A program made the translations under genes and the position numbers. Below the pieces are notes generated by a model, which saw nothing but the letters and a program-made list of their open reading frames with translations, was not told the DNA's origin and searched no databases. A stretch of 64,000 bases of DNA from Candidatus Daviesbacteria bacterium (lineage in GTDB: Bacteria; Patescibacteriota; Microgenomatia; Daviesbacterales; UBA10151), in NCBI GenBank assembly GCA_028712705.1, contig JAQTPP010000001.1, forward strand, positions 81,521 through 145,520, given 5' to 3'. This document shows positions 17,911-27,274 of this stretch, in pieces. Each line of letters starts with the position of its first letter. Positions within the stretch are counted from its first letter, which is position 1.

Positions 17911-18525
17911 CTATCTTGTAAGGAGAACAAGGCTACCCATAGCTAATTTAATTGCAAAGAATAGAAGGATTAAAGCAAGGATTTTAAATACAACAGACAC
18001 AAAATTGCCTTTTGTGAGAAGTGGCCTAAATCGAGAAAAAAGGAATGTTAATCCAGTAGTTGCAATAAGCCAACCTAATTCAAAGAGTATTAAAAATAAA
18101 AACTGCCCTCCAGCAATCTTTTGTTTTAGTAAAAATGCCTGGGGAACACAAATTGCCAGCCAAAAAATCCAGAAAGGGCCACTAAAAACTGTTAGAAGAA
18201 ATATTTTCTTAAAAGAGAAAATTGTTTCTTCGCCATCAAACTTTTTAATTTTCCATACTTGGAGTGCTAGCCAGATTAAAACAGCTGTTCCAATAAGAGA
18301 GATGACGGAGAAAATTATTTGTGGAATATGAAATGAAAAGAATATACTCAAAATAAGAAGCGCGACTATTACTTCTGAAATCATTGCCATAAAAATAATA
18401 CGCAGACTGTTAATGAAGCCTTTTCTTAAACTTTCGGCAAAAGCGGATGTGAGTATTGGTCCAGGAGTAGCTCCACCAATCAAACCCAGCATAAAAGCGC
18501 TAAATATTTGAAGTAAGAGTTCCAT
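17911..18525 (-). CDS. LysE/RhtB-family translocator
   Basis: 204 aa with 6 TM helices. N-terminal GLIGGATPGPILTS motif of LysE-type exporters. Confidence 0.6.
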   Translation of the reverse strand: MELLLQIFSAFMLGLIGGATPGPILTSAFAESLRKGFINSLRIIFMAMISEVIVALLILSIFFSFHIPQIIFSVISLIGTAVLIWLALQVWKIKKFDGEETIFSFKKIFLLTVFSGPFWIFWLAICVPQAFLLKQKIAGGQFLFLILFELGWLIATTGLTFLFSRFRPLLTKGNFVSVVFKILALILLFFAIKLAMGSLVLLTR

Positions 18526-18596
18526 ATGATTTTATAGTAGCATAAAATTTTCAAATAGCTTCGCGTAGACAATAAGTTGTGATATAGTATCTTTGA

Positions 18597-19052
18597 ATGA
18601 AAGTATATCTTGCCACAGATCATGCGGGGTTTCAGTTAAAAGAAAAAATTAAAGAATTTCTAAAAAAAGCAGGATATGAAGCAGAAGATTTTGGCGCAAA
18701 TACGTTTGATCCGGAGGATGATTATCCTGATTTTATTTCTAAAGCTGCAGAAAAAGTATCAAAAGATCCAAGCAGCAGAGCTATAATTTTGGGGGGTTCA
18801 GGACAAGGAGAGGCAATGGTTGCCAATAAATTTCCAAATGTCAGAGCGGCAGTATATTATGGGTCCGCAGAGCAAATACCTAGCTTAACCCGTCAGCACA
18901 ACGATTCTAATGTTTTGTCCCTGGGGGCGAGATTCTTAAAAGAGGATACGGCAATTGAGGCTGTTAAATTATTTTTACAAACCCCGTTTTCAAATGAAGA
19001 ACGGCACACCAGAAGAATTGAGAAGATTAAAAAGATAGAAGAAAAACCTTAA
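18597..19052 (+). CDS. rpiB: Ribose-5-phosphate isomerase B (RpiB/LacAB family)
   Basis: MKVYLATDHAGFQLKEKI... and GGSGQGEAMVANK motifs. Confidence 0.85.
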   Translation: MKVYLATDHAGFQLKEKIKEFLKKAGYEAEDFGANTFDPEDDYPDFISKAAEKVSKDPSSRAIILGGSGQGEAMVANKFPNVRAAVYYGSAEQIPSLTRQHNDSNVLSLGARFLKEDTAIEAVKLFLQTPFSNEERHTRRIEKIKKIEEKP

Positions 19053-19694
19053 ATGGTGCAAATTATTCCTGCGATACTGGATACAACTCCCGAAGATTTT
19101 AGAAATCATGTTGAGCAATTGAAACATTCGGCATCTTTTCAGGAAGGTTGGATACATATTGACTTTGCGGATAATGAATTTGTTCAAAATAAGACAGTTG
19201 ACATTACTACAGTTGCCAAAAACCCCATTTCTCTTAACAAGGAAGCGCATTTAATGGTTATGCATCCTTTGCAGTGGATAGACAAGCTAAAAGAAGCTTT
19301 CTTTAAGAGAGTTATTTTTCACTTTGAATCAAAGGATGATATTTTGAGATGTATCAGTAAGATAAAACAGTTAGAGATGGAAGCTGGAATTGCTTTAAAT
19401 ATTGATACTCCGATTGAGAAGTTGGAGCCGTTTAAAGATAAAATAGATTTAGTATTAATTATGGCAGTTATTCCAGGACTTCAAGGCCAGCCGTTCCTGC
19501 TGGAAGCGCTTGATAAAATTAAGGCTTTAAAAAAATTGAGCTGGTCTGTTAGAATTTCAGTTGACGGGGCAGTCAGAGACAGTAATGCTAAGCAAATTGT
19601 TGAGGCAGGCGCGGACCAGCTGACAATTGGCTCGTATCTTTTAAAAGGAGATATTGATGAGAATTTGGAAAATCTATGGGAAGTCATCAAATGA
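19053..19694 (+). CDS. rpe: Ribulose-phosphate 3-epimerase family protein
   Basis: IIPAILDT...WIHIDFADNEFVQNKT...HLMV matches the RPE TIM-barrel motifs. Confidence 0.7.
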   Translation: MVQIIPAILDTTPEDFRNHVEQLKHSASFQEGWIHIDFADNEFVQNKTVDITTVAKNPISLNKEAHLMVMHPLQWIDKLKEAFFKRVIFHFESKDDILRCISKIKQLEMEAGIALNIDTPIEKLEPFKDKIDLVLIMAVIPGLQGQPFLLEALDKIKALKKLSWSVRISVDGAVRDSNAKQIVEAGADQLTIGSYLLKGDIDENLENLWEVIK

Positions 19695-20320
19695 GTAACG
19701 GAATACCTAAAGCTGAATCTATAAATCAGATTGCTATTTTCGGTTCATCTCATACAGAAGAAAATAGCGTGTTATGCAAGGAAACTTTTACAGTTTGTAA
19801 GAAATTAACGGAAGCCGGTTATGTGGTAGTAGACGGAGGCGGACCGGGAGTAATGAGAGCGGCAAGTTTGGGAGCAAAAGCAGGCGGAGGTAAAGTTATT
19901 GGGGTGACTTTTCAGGCAGAGGAGATAATGCATTTTGAAGGAAGGGATTTTCTTAATAAGATAGATGTAGAAATAAAAACAAAAAATTACCTGGAAAGGA
20001 CCCTGACCCTTTTAAAGGAAGGACAAGTGTATGTAATTTTCAATGGGGGAACCGGGACTATTTCCGAATTCGGCATGGCTTGGGGTTTGGCTAAACTTTA
20101 TTTCGGTCATCATAAACCATTGATTTTATACGGCAAATTCTGGGAAAACATTATCAAGGCATTTAAGGATAATATGATTCTGCGGCCGGAAGAGCTGGAA
20201 GTTTATAAAATTGTTGATAATCCAGATGCAGTTCTGCAGGCAATACTGGATTTTGAACATGAATTAAAACAGGGGCAACACTTGTACGTTAAAGCAATAA
20301 CTGACGATTTTAGTGTATGA
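19691..20320 (+). CDS. LOG-family protein (TIGR00730; cytokinin riboside 5'-monophosphate phosphoribohydrolase-like)
   Basis: VVDGGGPGVMRAAS and NGGTGTISEFGMAWGL motifs. ATGA overlap with rpe. Confidence 0.7.
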   Translation: MSNGIPKAESINQIAIFGSSHTEENSVLCKETFTVCKKLTEAGYVVVDGGGPGVMRAASLGAKAGGGKVIGVTFQAEEIMHFEGRDFLNKIDVEIKTKNYLERTLTLLKEGQVYVIFNGGTGTISEFGMAWGLAKLYFGHHKPLILYGKFWENIIKAFKDNMILRPEELEVYKIVDNPDAVLQAILDFEHELKQGQHLYVKAITDDFSV

Positions 20321-21135
20321 ATATTTATAAATTAGAAGAAACAGCCAATTTAATCCGCCAGGATATTATCAAGATGTTACTTGAGGCAGGATCAGGGCAT
20401 TCAGCCGGGTCTTTGGGGATGGCTGATATTTTTGCCGCACTCTATTTTCATATCCTAAATCATAATCCGGCAAAGCCGGACTGGAACGGGAGAGATCGGT
20501 TGATTTTATCTAACGGCCATATTTGCCCGGCACTTTATGCAACTATGGCCCGTGCGGGCTATTTTCCTATCTCAGAGCTTAAGACCTTGCGTAAGTTGGG
20601 TAGCAGATTACAAGGCCATCCCCATCGGACTTCTTTGCCCGGGATTGAAACAACCTCCGGACCCTTAGGTTCCGGCTTGTCGCAGGCTGCGGGTTTGGCT
20701 TTAGCCGGACGTATGGATAAGGCCAGCTGGCGGGTGATTTGTTTAACATCAGACGGGGAGCATGACGAGGGCAATACCTGGGAAGCAGTGATGTTCGCCG
20801 GTAGAAATAAGCTGCATAATTTAACAGCTGTAATTGATAGAAATAATATTCAAATTGACGGATTTACGGAAGATGTTATGCCGCTTGATAGTTTACGGGC
20901 AAAATATGAAGCTTTTAACTGGCATGTTATTGAGATTGACGGACATAATATGCAGGAAATTATTAATTCTTTTAACAAAGCTAAGACGATTTTGGAAAAA
21001 CCGACGGTAATAATTGCCCATACGATTCCGGGGAAAGGGGTAAGTTTTATGGAAGGAAAATACGAATGGCATGGAAAATCACCTGATAAAGAAGAGGCAA
21101 AAAGGGCCTTGGCAGAGCTTAAAAATCATGATTAA
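20317..21135 (+). CDS. Transketolase, N-terminal (thiamine-diphosphate-binding) subunit of a split transketolase
   Basis: GHPHRTSLPGIETTSGPLGSGLSQAAGLALA and TSDGEHDEGNTWEA motifs. Confidence 0.85.
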   Translation: MNIYKLEETANLIRQDIIKMLLEAGSGHSAGSLGMADIFAALYFHILNHNPAKPDWNGRDRLILSNGHICPALYATMARAGYFPISELKTLRKLGSRLQGHPHRTSLPGIETTSGPLGSGLSQAAGLALAGRMDKASWRVICLTSDGEHDEGNTWEAVMFAGRNKLHNLTAVIDRNNIQIDGFTEDVMPLDSLRAKYEAFNWHVIEIDGHNMQEIINSFNKAKTILEKPTVIIAHTIPGKGVSFMEGKYEWHGKSPDKEEAKRALAELKNHD

Positions 21136-22114
21136 TTCAAAAGCATATTTGAACCCGAAATTATTTGATCCCGGTGTTGAACAGGCGCCGACCCGGAATG
21201 GTTACGGCGAAGGTTTAGTTTTAGCAGGGGAAGAAGATGAACAAGTAGTGGCGCTTTGCGCAGACTTAACCGAATCTACAAAGGCCAAAGCTTTTGCCGA
21301 AAAATTTCCGCAAAGGTTTATTGAGGTGGGGGTAGCTGAGCAAAATTTAGTGACAGTTGCAGCTGGTATGGCTCTTTTGGGAAAAATTCCTTTTGCTTCA
21401 TCTTTTGCTACTTTTTCGCCGGGCAGAAACTGGGAGCAGATTAGAACAACTGTTTGTTATAACGACATGCCAGTTAAGATTATCGGTTCTCATGTCGGTG
21501 TCAGTGTTGGACCTGATGGAGCAACACATCAAGCTTTGGAAGATATAGCCATGATGCGGTGTTTGCCTAATATGATAGTAATTTCTCCGGTAGATGCAAT
21601 TGAAGCTAAAAAAGCTACGCTGGCTATGGCCAAGCTATCTAAGCCTTGTTACCTCAGGTTGTCCAGAGATAAAATACCTGTTGTAACTACGGAGCAAACC
21701 CCTTTTAAGATAGGAAATGCAGAAATTTTCTATGAGGGAAATGATGTGGCGGTGATTGCCACCGGTCCGATGGTTTATAGGGCTTTGCTGGCTGCTAAAG
21801 AGCTACAGTCGCGCAAAATATCTGTTCGAGTAATAAATTGCCACACTATTAAACCTTTAGATAAGGAGTTAGTGATAAATGCAGCTAAAGATTGCGGAGC
21901 AATAGTTACAGCAGAAGAACATCAGGTTACAGGCGGTTTGGGAGGTGCGGTTGCGGAAGTCATTTCGCAAAATTTTCCTGTGCCTTTAAAAATTATCGGT
22001 GTTGAAGATAAATTTGGAGAATCAGGTGAATCAGAGGAGCTGTTTACAAAATTCGGCTTAACGGAAAAAGCAATTATTTCGGCTATAAACCATATCTTGA
22101 AAATGAAAATATGA
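21128..22114 (+). CDS. Transketolase, C-terminal (pyrimidine-binding plus C-terminal) subunit
   Basis: EVGVAEQNLVTVAAGMAL plus the transketolase C-terminal domain. The start overlaps the upstream subunit (ATGATTAA). Confidence 0.85.
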   Translation: MINSKAYLNPKLFDPGVEQAPTRNGYGEGLVLAGEEDEQVVALCADLTESTKAKAFAEKFPQRFIEVGVAEQNLVTVAAGMALLGKIPFASSFATFSPGRNWEQIRTTVCYNDMPVKIIGSHVGVSVGPDGATHQALEDIAMMRCLPNMIVISPVDAIEAKKATLAMAKLSKPCYLRLSRDKIPVVTTEQTPFKIGNAEIFYEGNDVAVIATGPMVYRALLAAKELQSRKISVRVINCHTIKPLDKELVINAAKDCGAIVTAEEHQVTGGLGGAVAEVISQNFPVPLKIIGVEDKFGESGESEELFTKFGLTEKAIISAINHILKMKI

Positions 22115-22533
22115 TTTCATCCAATTTATCCAACCGGTTTATCTTTGTTTTGAGCTTGTTAGGGCTTTTTGTGAGTTCTTTTTTATTTTATGAATATAAC
22201 TTGCAAGGCTCGGTTATTTGTCCGATAGGTACAGGCTGCAATGTTGTCCGGACCAGTTCTTATTCCAGTTTTATCGGGATCTCGATCCCCTTTTTAGGCA
22301 TGCTTTTTTATTTTGCAATGGCAATACTTTCAGTGGCGCATGCCCAAAAAACGTTTAATAATTTATTATTCCGGCTGAAACTTTTAATCTCTTTGTCCGG
22401 GGTTGGTTTTGGTATATATCTTACTTTCTTGGAGATCTTTGTGATCAAAGCGATTTGCTTTTGGTGCGTATTGTCGTTTATAATATCGCTTGCGATATTA
22501 CTATCGGTTATTCTAGATGAAAACAGAAACTAA
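22111..22533 (+). CDS. Vitamin K epoxide reductase (VKOR) family membrane protein
   Basis: 4-5 TM helices. Loop cysteines (CPIGTGC) and a CFWC active-site motif in the last TM. Confidence 0.65.
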   Translation: MISSNLSNRFIFVLSLLGLFVSSFLFYEYNLQGSVICPIGTGCNVVRTSSYSSFIGISIPFLGMLFYFAMAILSVAHAQKTFNNLLFRLKLLISLSGVGFGIYLTFLEIFVIKAICFWCVLSFIISLAILLSVILDENRN

Positions 22534-23161
22534 ATGGCTGGGTATGATTTTAATATGCACCCTGATTCTTTTGTTCGGAGGTATATTTCTGCTGACCCGA
22601 GGCAATCCCTTAGAAGTAGTTGATGGCGCAACCGTTTTCCAGATCGATTATTCCAGGGGACAAAAAATTGGCAGCGATAGCGCCAAAGTAAGGATAGTAG
22701 AGTTTTCGGATTTTGAGTGTCTTGCCTGCGCAGCTGTTGAATCATATGTTGCAAGGCTCCGGGCTGCGGATCCAAACAAAATCCAGTTTATTTATCGCCA
22801 TTTTCCGCTTTCTCAGCATGTCCATTCCAGCCAGGCGGCAGCCTTGGCTGAGGCGGCCGGAGAGCAGGGCAAATTTTGGGAAATGCATGACAAACTTTTA
22901 GAGACTCAAGCGAGGTGGTCTTCTATGAACGACGCAACATCCTTTTTTATGGATTTAGTGAAAGAGCTGGGGCTGGATGAAGATAAAATTAAGCAGGCGA
23001 TGGCAGGAAATGTTATAAAAGCGAAAATTGACAGCGATGCAGCTGAGGGAAACAGTTTGGGAATCAGTCAAACGCCAACCTTTTTTGTAAATGGACGAAA
23101 ACTTGATTTGCAAAAGTTTGAAGATTTAGATACTCTTGTAGAGCAAGAACTAAAGAAGTAA
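22517..23161 (+). CDS. DsbA-like thioredoxin-fold disulfide oxidoreductase, membrane-anchored
   Basis: N-terminal TM and a CLAC (CxxC) active site in FSDFECLACAAVESY. Adjacent to VKOR. Confidence 0.7.
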   Translation: MKTETKWLGMILICTLILLFGGIFLLTRGNPLEVVDGATVFQIDYSRGQKIGSDSAKVRIVEFSDFECLACAAVESYVARLRAADPNKIQFIYRHFPLSQHVHSSQAAALAEAAGEQGKFWEMHDKLLETQARWSSMNDATSFFMDLVKELGLDEDKIKQAMAGNVIKAKIDSDAAEGNSLGISQTPTFFVNGRKLDLQKFEDLDTLVEQELKK

Positions 23162-23177
23162 GATAAAAATACTAGAA

Positions 23178-23990
23178 ATGAGCGATTTTTCTCCAATAAA
23201 TGACATAATTAATCTTTCCGGAAAGGCAGCTGTGGTGACAGGAGGGGCTATGGGTATTGGTTTTGGAATAACCTACAGGTTGGCTGAGGCTGGGGCAAAA
23301 GTGATGATTGCCGATTTTAAGGAAGCAGAATCGCTGATAGCTGTCCGGAAATTAACGGAAAAAGGCTGGACGGCAAAATCTGTTAAAGTGGATGTTTCAA
23401 ACGAAGAAAATGTTAAAGAGATGGTTAAAGAAACCGTTAGTGCTTTTGGGAGTTTGGATATACTAGTTAATAATGCCGGAATTTACCCAAGTATTGCGGT
23501 TTCGCAAATGAGTCTGGCTGATTTTGATAAGGTTTTGTCTGTGAACCTAAAAGGAGTTTTTCTATGCACAAAATATGTTTGTGAACAAATGATAAAACAA
23601 GGAAAGGGAGGAAAGATAATTAACATTACTTCTATTGATGCGCTTCATCCTTCTTCCATAGGGCTAGCTCATTACGATGCTTCCAAACACGGAGTTTGGG
23701 GTTTTACCAAAAACGTGGCCCTGGAGTTGGCCTCCCACAAAATTTGGGTTAATGCTATTGCGCCGGGGGGGATTGCAACGCCGGGAGTACAGGTAGCGCA
23801 AGGTAAAGCTTCTGTGCCGGCAGGCGTGGATATGTCTAAAATGCTGGAAGGTTTCCTGGCTAAAATTCCCATGCGCAGGATGGGAGAGCCGGACGATATT
23901 GGTAAAGTTGCGCTGTTTTTGGCTTCAGACATGTCTTCATATATGACCGGTAGCCAGATAGTGGTGGACGGCGGAGTTTTGCTTTCTTAA
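23178..23990 (+). CDS. Short-chain dehydrogenase/reductase (SDR) family oxidoreductase
   Basis: TGGAMGIGFG cofactor motif, NNAG, and the YDASKHGV catalytic YxxxK. Confidence 0.8.
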   Translation: MSDFSPINDIINLSGKAAVVTGGAMGIGFGITYRLAEAGAKVMIADFKEAESLIAVRKLTEKGWTAKSVKVDVSNEENVKEMVKETVSAFGSLDILVNNAGIYPSIAVSQMSLADFDKVLSVNLKGVFLCTKYVCEQMIKQGKGGKIINITSIDALHPSSIGLAHYDASKHGVWGFTKNVALELASHKIWVNAIAPGGIATPGVQVAQGKASVPAGVDMSKMLEGFLAKIPMRRMGEPDDIGKVALFLASDMSSYMTGSQIVVDGGVLLS

Positions 23991-24059
23991 AAATTTCCGG
24001 TATCATAGCTTTTGAAAAGGGTGAAAATCTAATATAATAATTACTAATTCGCCGGCCGG

Positions 24060-25058
24060 TTGATTTATAAAAACATGCTAGATTTAATCTCTATCGGAGA
24101 TGCCAGGATTGATAATTTTGTCCATTTGCCAAAGGCCCATATAAGCTGTACTTTGAACAGGGAAAGCTGTGAAATTTGTTTGAATTACGGGGATAAAATT
24201 CCGGTAGACGAGATGCGGTGTTTGCCTGCAGGAAATAATAACAATAACGCTGTGGGCGCAGCCAGATTGAAGATGAAAACAGCGCTTTACGGCAATGTCG
24301 GCGACGACGGCAACGGCAGAATGATTCTGGATCATTTAAGAAAGGAAGGCGTTGTCACGCGTTACGTGGTTGTAAACAAAGATGTGCCGACAGAGCAATC
24401 AATAGTTTTAACATACCAGGGCGAGCGGACGATTTTAGTTTATCACTATCCCTGGGATTACAGTCTGCCTGATTTGGAGCGGGCCAGATGGATCTATTTT
24501 AGTTCCGTATCTTATTCATACACCAAGACCTCTTTAATTTCTCAAATTGAAAGTTATATAGAAAGAACCGGAGCGAATTTGGCTTTCGGTCCGGGGACAA
24601 ATCAATTAAAAGACGGGGTCAAAAAATATCCGAAGCTGCTTTCTTTGACCAAAGTTTTTATTGTGAATTATGAAGAGGCCAAGAAAGTTTTGGAAATTGC
24701 GGAGGAGAAAAAAGCGGACATCAAAAAGTTACTTACCGGTTTGGCGGATTTAGGTCCAGGGATGGTGGTAATTACCGATGGAGAGGATGGATCATACGGA
24801 TTTGATGGAGATAAATTCTACAAAATCGGAATTTTTCCGGCAAATTTAGCGGAGATGACTGGAGCAGGTGACGCGTATTCGACAGGTCTTTTGGCAGGTC
24901 TTTTTCATGGAAATAGTTTAGCTCTGGCAATGCGGTGGGGTGCGGCAAACGGGGCCTCAGTTGTGGAGCAAATCGGCGCGCAAACAGGACTTTTGAGCTT
25001 GCATCAAATGCAGGAGAAATTAAAGATGAATCCTAAAATTATTGCAAAAGAAATATAG
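24060..25058 (+). CDS. PfkB-family carbohydrate kinase
   Basis: DLISIGDARID N-terminus and the C-terminal GAGDAYSTGLLAGL motif. Confidence 0.7.
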   Translation: MIYKNMLDLISIGDARIDNFVHLPKAHISCTLNRESCEICLNYGDKIPVDEMRCLPAGNNNNNAVGAARLKMKTALYGNVGDDGNGRMILDHLRKEGVVTRYVVVNKDVPTEQSIVLTYQGERTILVYHYPWDYSLPDLERARWIYFSSVSYSYTKTSLISQIESYIERTGANLAFGPGTNQLKDGVKKYPKLLSLTKVFIVNYEEAKKVLEIAEEKKADIKKLLTGLADLGPGMVVITDGEDGSYGFDGDKFYKIGIFPANLAEMTGAGDAYSTGLLAGLFHGNSLALAMRWGAANGASVVEQIGAQTGLLSLHQMQEKLKMNPKIIAKEI

Positions 25059-25070
25059 CGCAGCCGGTTT

Positions 25071-25793
25071 TTAATGTACGACCACGCGGGTACCGGGATT
25101 TTCTGCAGTTGCTCTGACAGCACCCTGGCCGGATGGAACAGTTGGTCCGGCCCAATCAAAAATTTGGGCAGCAGAGGCAAGAGGAGAGTTAACGCAGCCA
25201 TGACTCATCGGGTGGCCGAAATTATTATGCCAGTAAGCCCCGTGAATAGCATAACCCAGGTGAAAGAACATATTATTTGGAACATTAGGCAGGTTGTAGT
25301 AAGTGCCCAAGGCTTGCGATCCTCCTGCCATGCTTTGACTTCTGGTTTTATACCAGATATTGAACGTTCCTTTGGGGGTAGGAGCCCATAGGCCGGTAGA
25401 GATCGGGAATTCCATGACTAGCCTGTTTCCTTCCCAAGCCCTAAGCCGTTGTTCGTCTAAAGATATATCAATCCATTTTTCTTCCCCGGCGGGATTGGTT
25501 GTACCCAGTACTGTTTGGTTGTTGTCCTGGTTTTCGGCTAGAGATTCTGAATACGCATAAGCAAGCGATGTTTTAGGATAGTCTATAACTTTGTTGTTAT
25601 AGGTAGCGGTACTGGCTTCCTCGTTAAACTTGCCGTCTGATTTGGCAACCGTACCGGCATCACAGCAGGAGGTGGTTGGGTCGCCGGAAATGTCTAATTT
25701 ATAAACGATTGTCCGCCTGATTGATTGAAAATTAAAAGCAACGAAGGCAATAACAGCTACTATCAGCAAAAGAGGTATCAGACGGTGCAGCAT
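25071..25793 (-). CDS. L,D-transpeptidase (YkuD domain), membrane-anchored
   Basis: N-terminal TM and a catalytic HG...SHGCVN motif (HLGYAIHGAYWHNNFGHPMSHGCVNSP). Confidence 0.75.
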   Translation of the reverse strand: MLHRLIPLLLIVAVIAFVAFNFQSIRRTIVYKLDISGDPTTSCCDAGTVAKSDGKFNEEASTATYNNKVIDYPKTSLAYAYSESLAENQDNNQTVLGTTNPAGEEKWIDISLDEQRLRAWEGNRLVMEFPISTGLWAPTPKGTFNIWYKTRSQSMAGGSQALGTYYNLPNVPNNMFFHLGYAIHGAYWHNNFGHPMSHGCVNSPLASAAQIFDWAGPTVPSGQGAVRATAENPGTRVVVH

Positions 25794-25870
25794 ATAAAAG
25801 TTTTGCGCTTCCGTCTTAGCACAATTTAATTGTGAGGCAAAATTGCTCTGGACGTCAAGAGGGAGTTTAC

Positions 25871-25899
25871 TTTTTCTCTGTCATTCTGAAGCATAGCGT
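25871..25899. repeat. Half-copy of the GTCATTCTGAG-family element upstream of the second dacA-like gene
   Basis: gtcattctgaagcatagcgtaagaatctg. Confidence 0.5.
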
Positions 25900-25922
25900 A
25901 AGAATCTGTTATCATTACTGTC

Positions 25923-26834
25923 ATGAAAAAATTAGCTGTCTTGGCAACTATTTTGACTGCTCTCCTTGCAGTTTTGTTTATAATCAGTTCAAGCAAGGAG
26001 GCGGGAAATTTAATTTCCCCTCTGGCGGAGGGGACAAGAGTTTTAGGGATAAACCAATGGTTTCCGGGAAATACAAATATAGCTCAAGCAGATGCTCCAG
26101 GAGTGAGCGCGGAAGCGGTTTTGTTTGTTGATACAAAAACCGGGCAGGTTCTTTTTTCAAAAAATCCCAATAAAAAATTGCCGATTGCCTCTTTGGTTAA
26201 GGTTATGACAGCGCTCGTGGCTTTGGAACACAAAAGTATGGATGATGAATTTTTTGTTTCCCGGCATGCAGCCGAGACTGAACCTGACAAAATGTTGCTT
26301 ATTGCCGGAGAAAAATTAACTTTGAGAGAGCTTTTGGATGGAGTCTTTTTAATATCGGCAAATGATGCGGCAGAAGTTTTGAGCGAAGGTACAGCGGGAA
26401 GCAGGGATGAATTTATCAAGTTGATGAATGATAAGACGGAACAGTTAGGAATGAAAGAAACTTATTTCGTAAATCCCACCGGGTTGGATGAAGATTCCAA
26501 TAATTCATATTCAACGGTTTATGATTTGGCTATTTTGACGCGATTTCTGATAAGGCACTACCCGGAAGTTGTTGATATTTCCAAGACGGAACATATTTAT
26601 TTACCGAAGACGGAGAATCACCAGGATTATGATATGTATTCAGGGATAAATCTGTTGACAACTTATCCGGGGGTTGTGGGTTTTAAAACCGGTTATACCC
26701 CGGAGGCAGGGTTGACTTTAATAACTTTGGCAAAGAAAAATGGACATGAGGTGATAGGGGTATTGCTCGGGTCAGGGGATAGGCGGGATGAGGCAAGAGA
26801 AATTTTGGACTATTCATTTAATAAACTAAAGTGA
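25923..26834 (+). CDS. D-alanyl-D-alanine carboxypeptidase (S11 family), second paralog
   Basis: SLVKVMT (SxxK), SANDAA (SxN) and FKTGYT (KTG). Confidence 0.8.
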   Translation: MKKLAVLATILTALLAVLFIISSSKEAGNLISPLAEGTRVLGINQWFPGNTNIAQADAPGVSAEAVLFVDTKTGQVLFSKNPNKKLPIASLVKVMTALVALEHKSMDDEFFVSRHAAETEPDKMLLIAGEKLTLRELLDGVFLISANDAAEVLSEGTAGSRDEFIKLMNDKTEQLGMKETYFVNPTGLDEDSNNSYSTVYDLAILTRFLIRHYPEVVDISKTEHIYLPKTENHQDYDMYSGINLLTTYPGVVGFKTGYTPEAGLTLITLAKKNGHEVIGVLLGSGDRRDEAREILDYSFNKLK

Positions 26835-26870
26835 GTGGAAAAAATTTTGGGGAAGGGGTATGCTGGGGGT

Positions 26871-27005
26871 ATGATTGTAAAAGTTAAGGAAGGATTTAGG
26901 GTGGTGGCGGAGAGCGGGAGAAATATGGGAACTTATTCAACCAAAGAACAGGCAGAGAAAAGACTTAGACAGATTGAAATGTTCAAACACATGAGGAAAA
27001 GATAA
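26871..27005 (+). CDS. Hypothetical small basic protein (44 aa), translationally coupled (TAATG) to the downstream membrane protein
   Basis: MIVKVKEGFRVVAESGRNMGTYSTKEQAEKRLRQIEMFKHMRKR. A GGGGGT Shine-Dalgarno lies 4 nt upstream. Absent from the ORF track because it is under 60 aa. Confidence 0.35.
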   Translation: MIVKVKEGFRVVAESGRNMGTYSTKEQAEKRLRQIEMFKHMRKR

Positions 27006-27274
27006 TGCTAGGCTTTAGCCGGAAAAGATTTTTCATTACTTTGGGATTAAGTGTGGGGATGTGGGTGATCACAGCTTTGATCCAGGCATATGTAACTTTT
27101 AGTAAATATCTAGGTACTTTTTCCAGTGGCTGTCAAGTTACTGGTTATCCAATAGACGTATGTGTATTAATGGGTCCTGATGTGCCTGCTATTTTGATTA
27201 TATTAATCAATATATTTTTCTGGTTCTGGATTATTCATCTATTTTGGAATTTTTTTCAGGAACGTGGCAAGTAA
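27005..27274 (+). CDS. Hypothetical small membrane protein (89 aa, about 3 TM helices)
   Basis: Hydrophobic segments. Start overlaps the upstream small ORF stop. Confidence 0.4.
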   Translation: MLGFSRKRFFITLGLSVGMWVITALIQAYVTFSKYLGTFSSGCQVTGYPIDVCVLMGPDVPAILIILINIFFWFWIIHLFWNFFQERGK

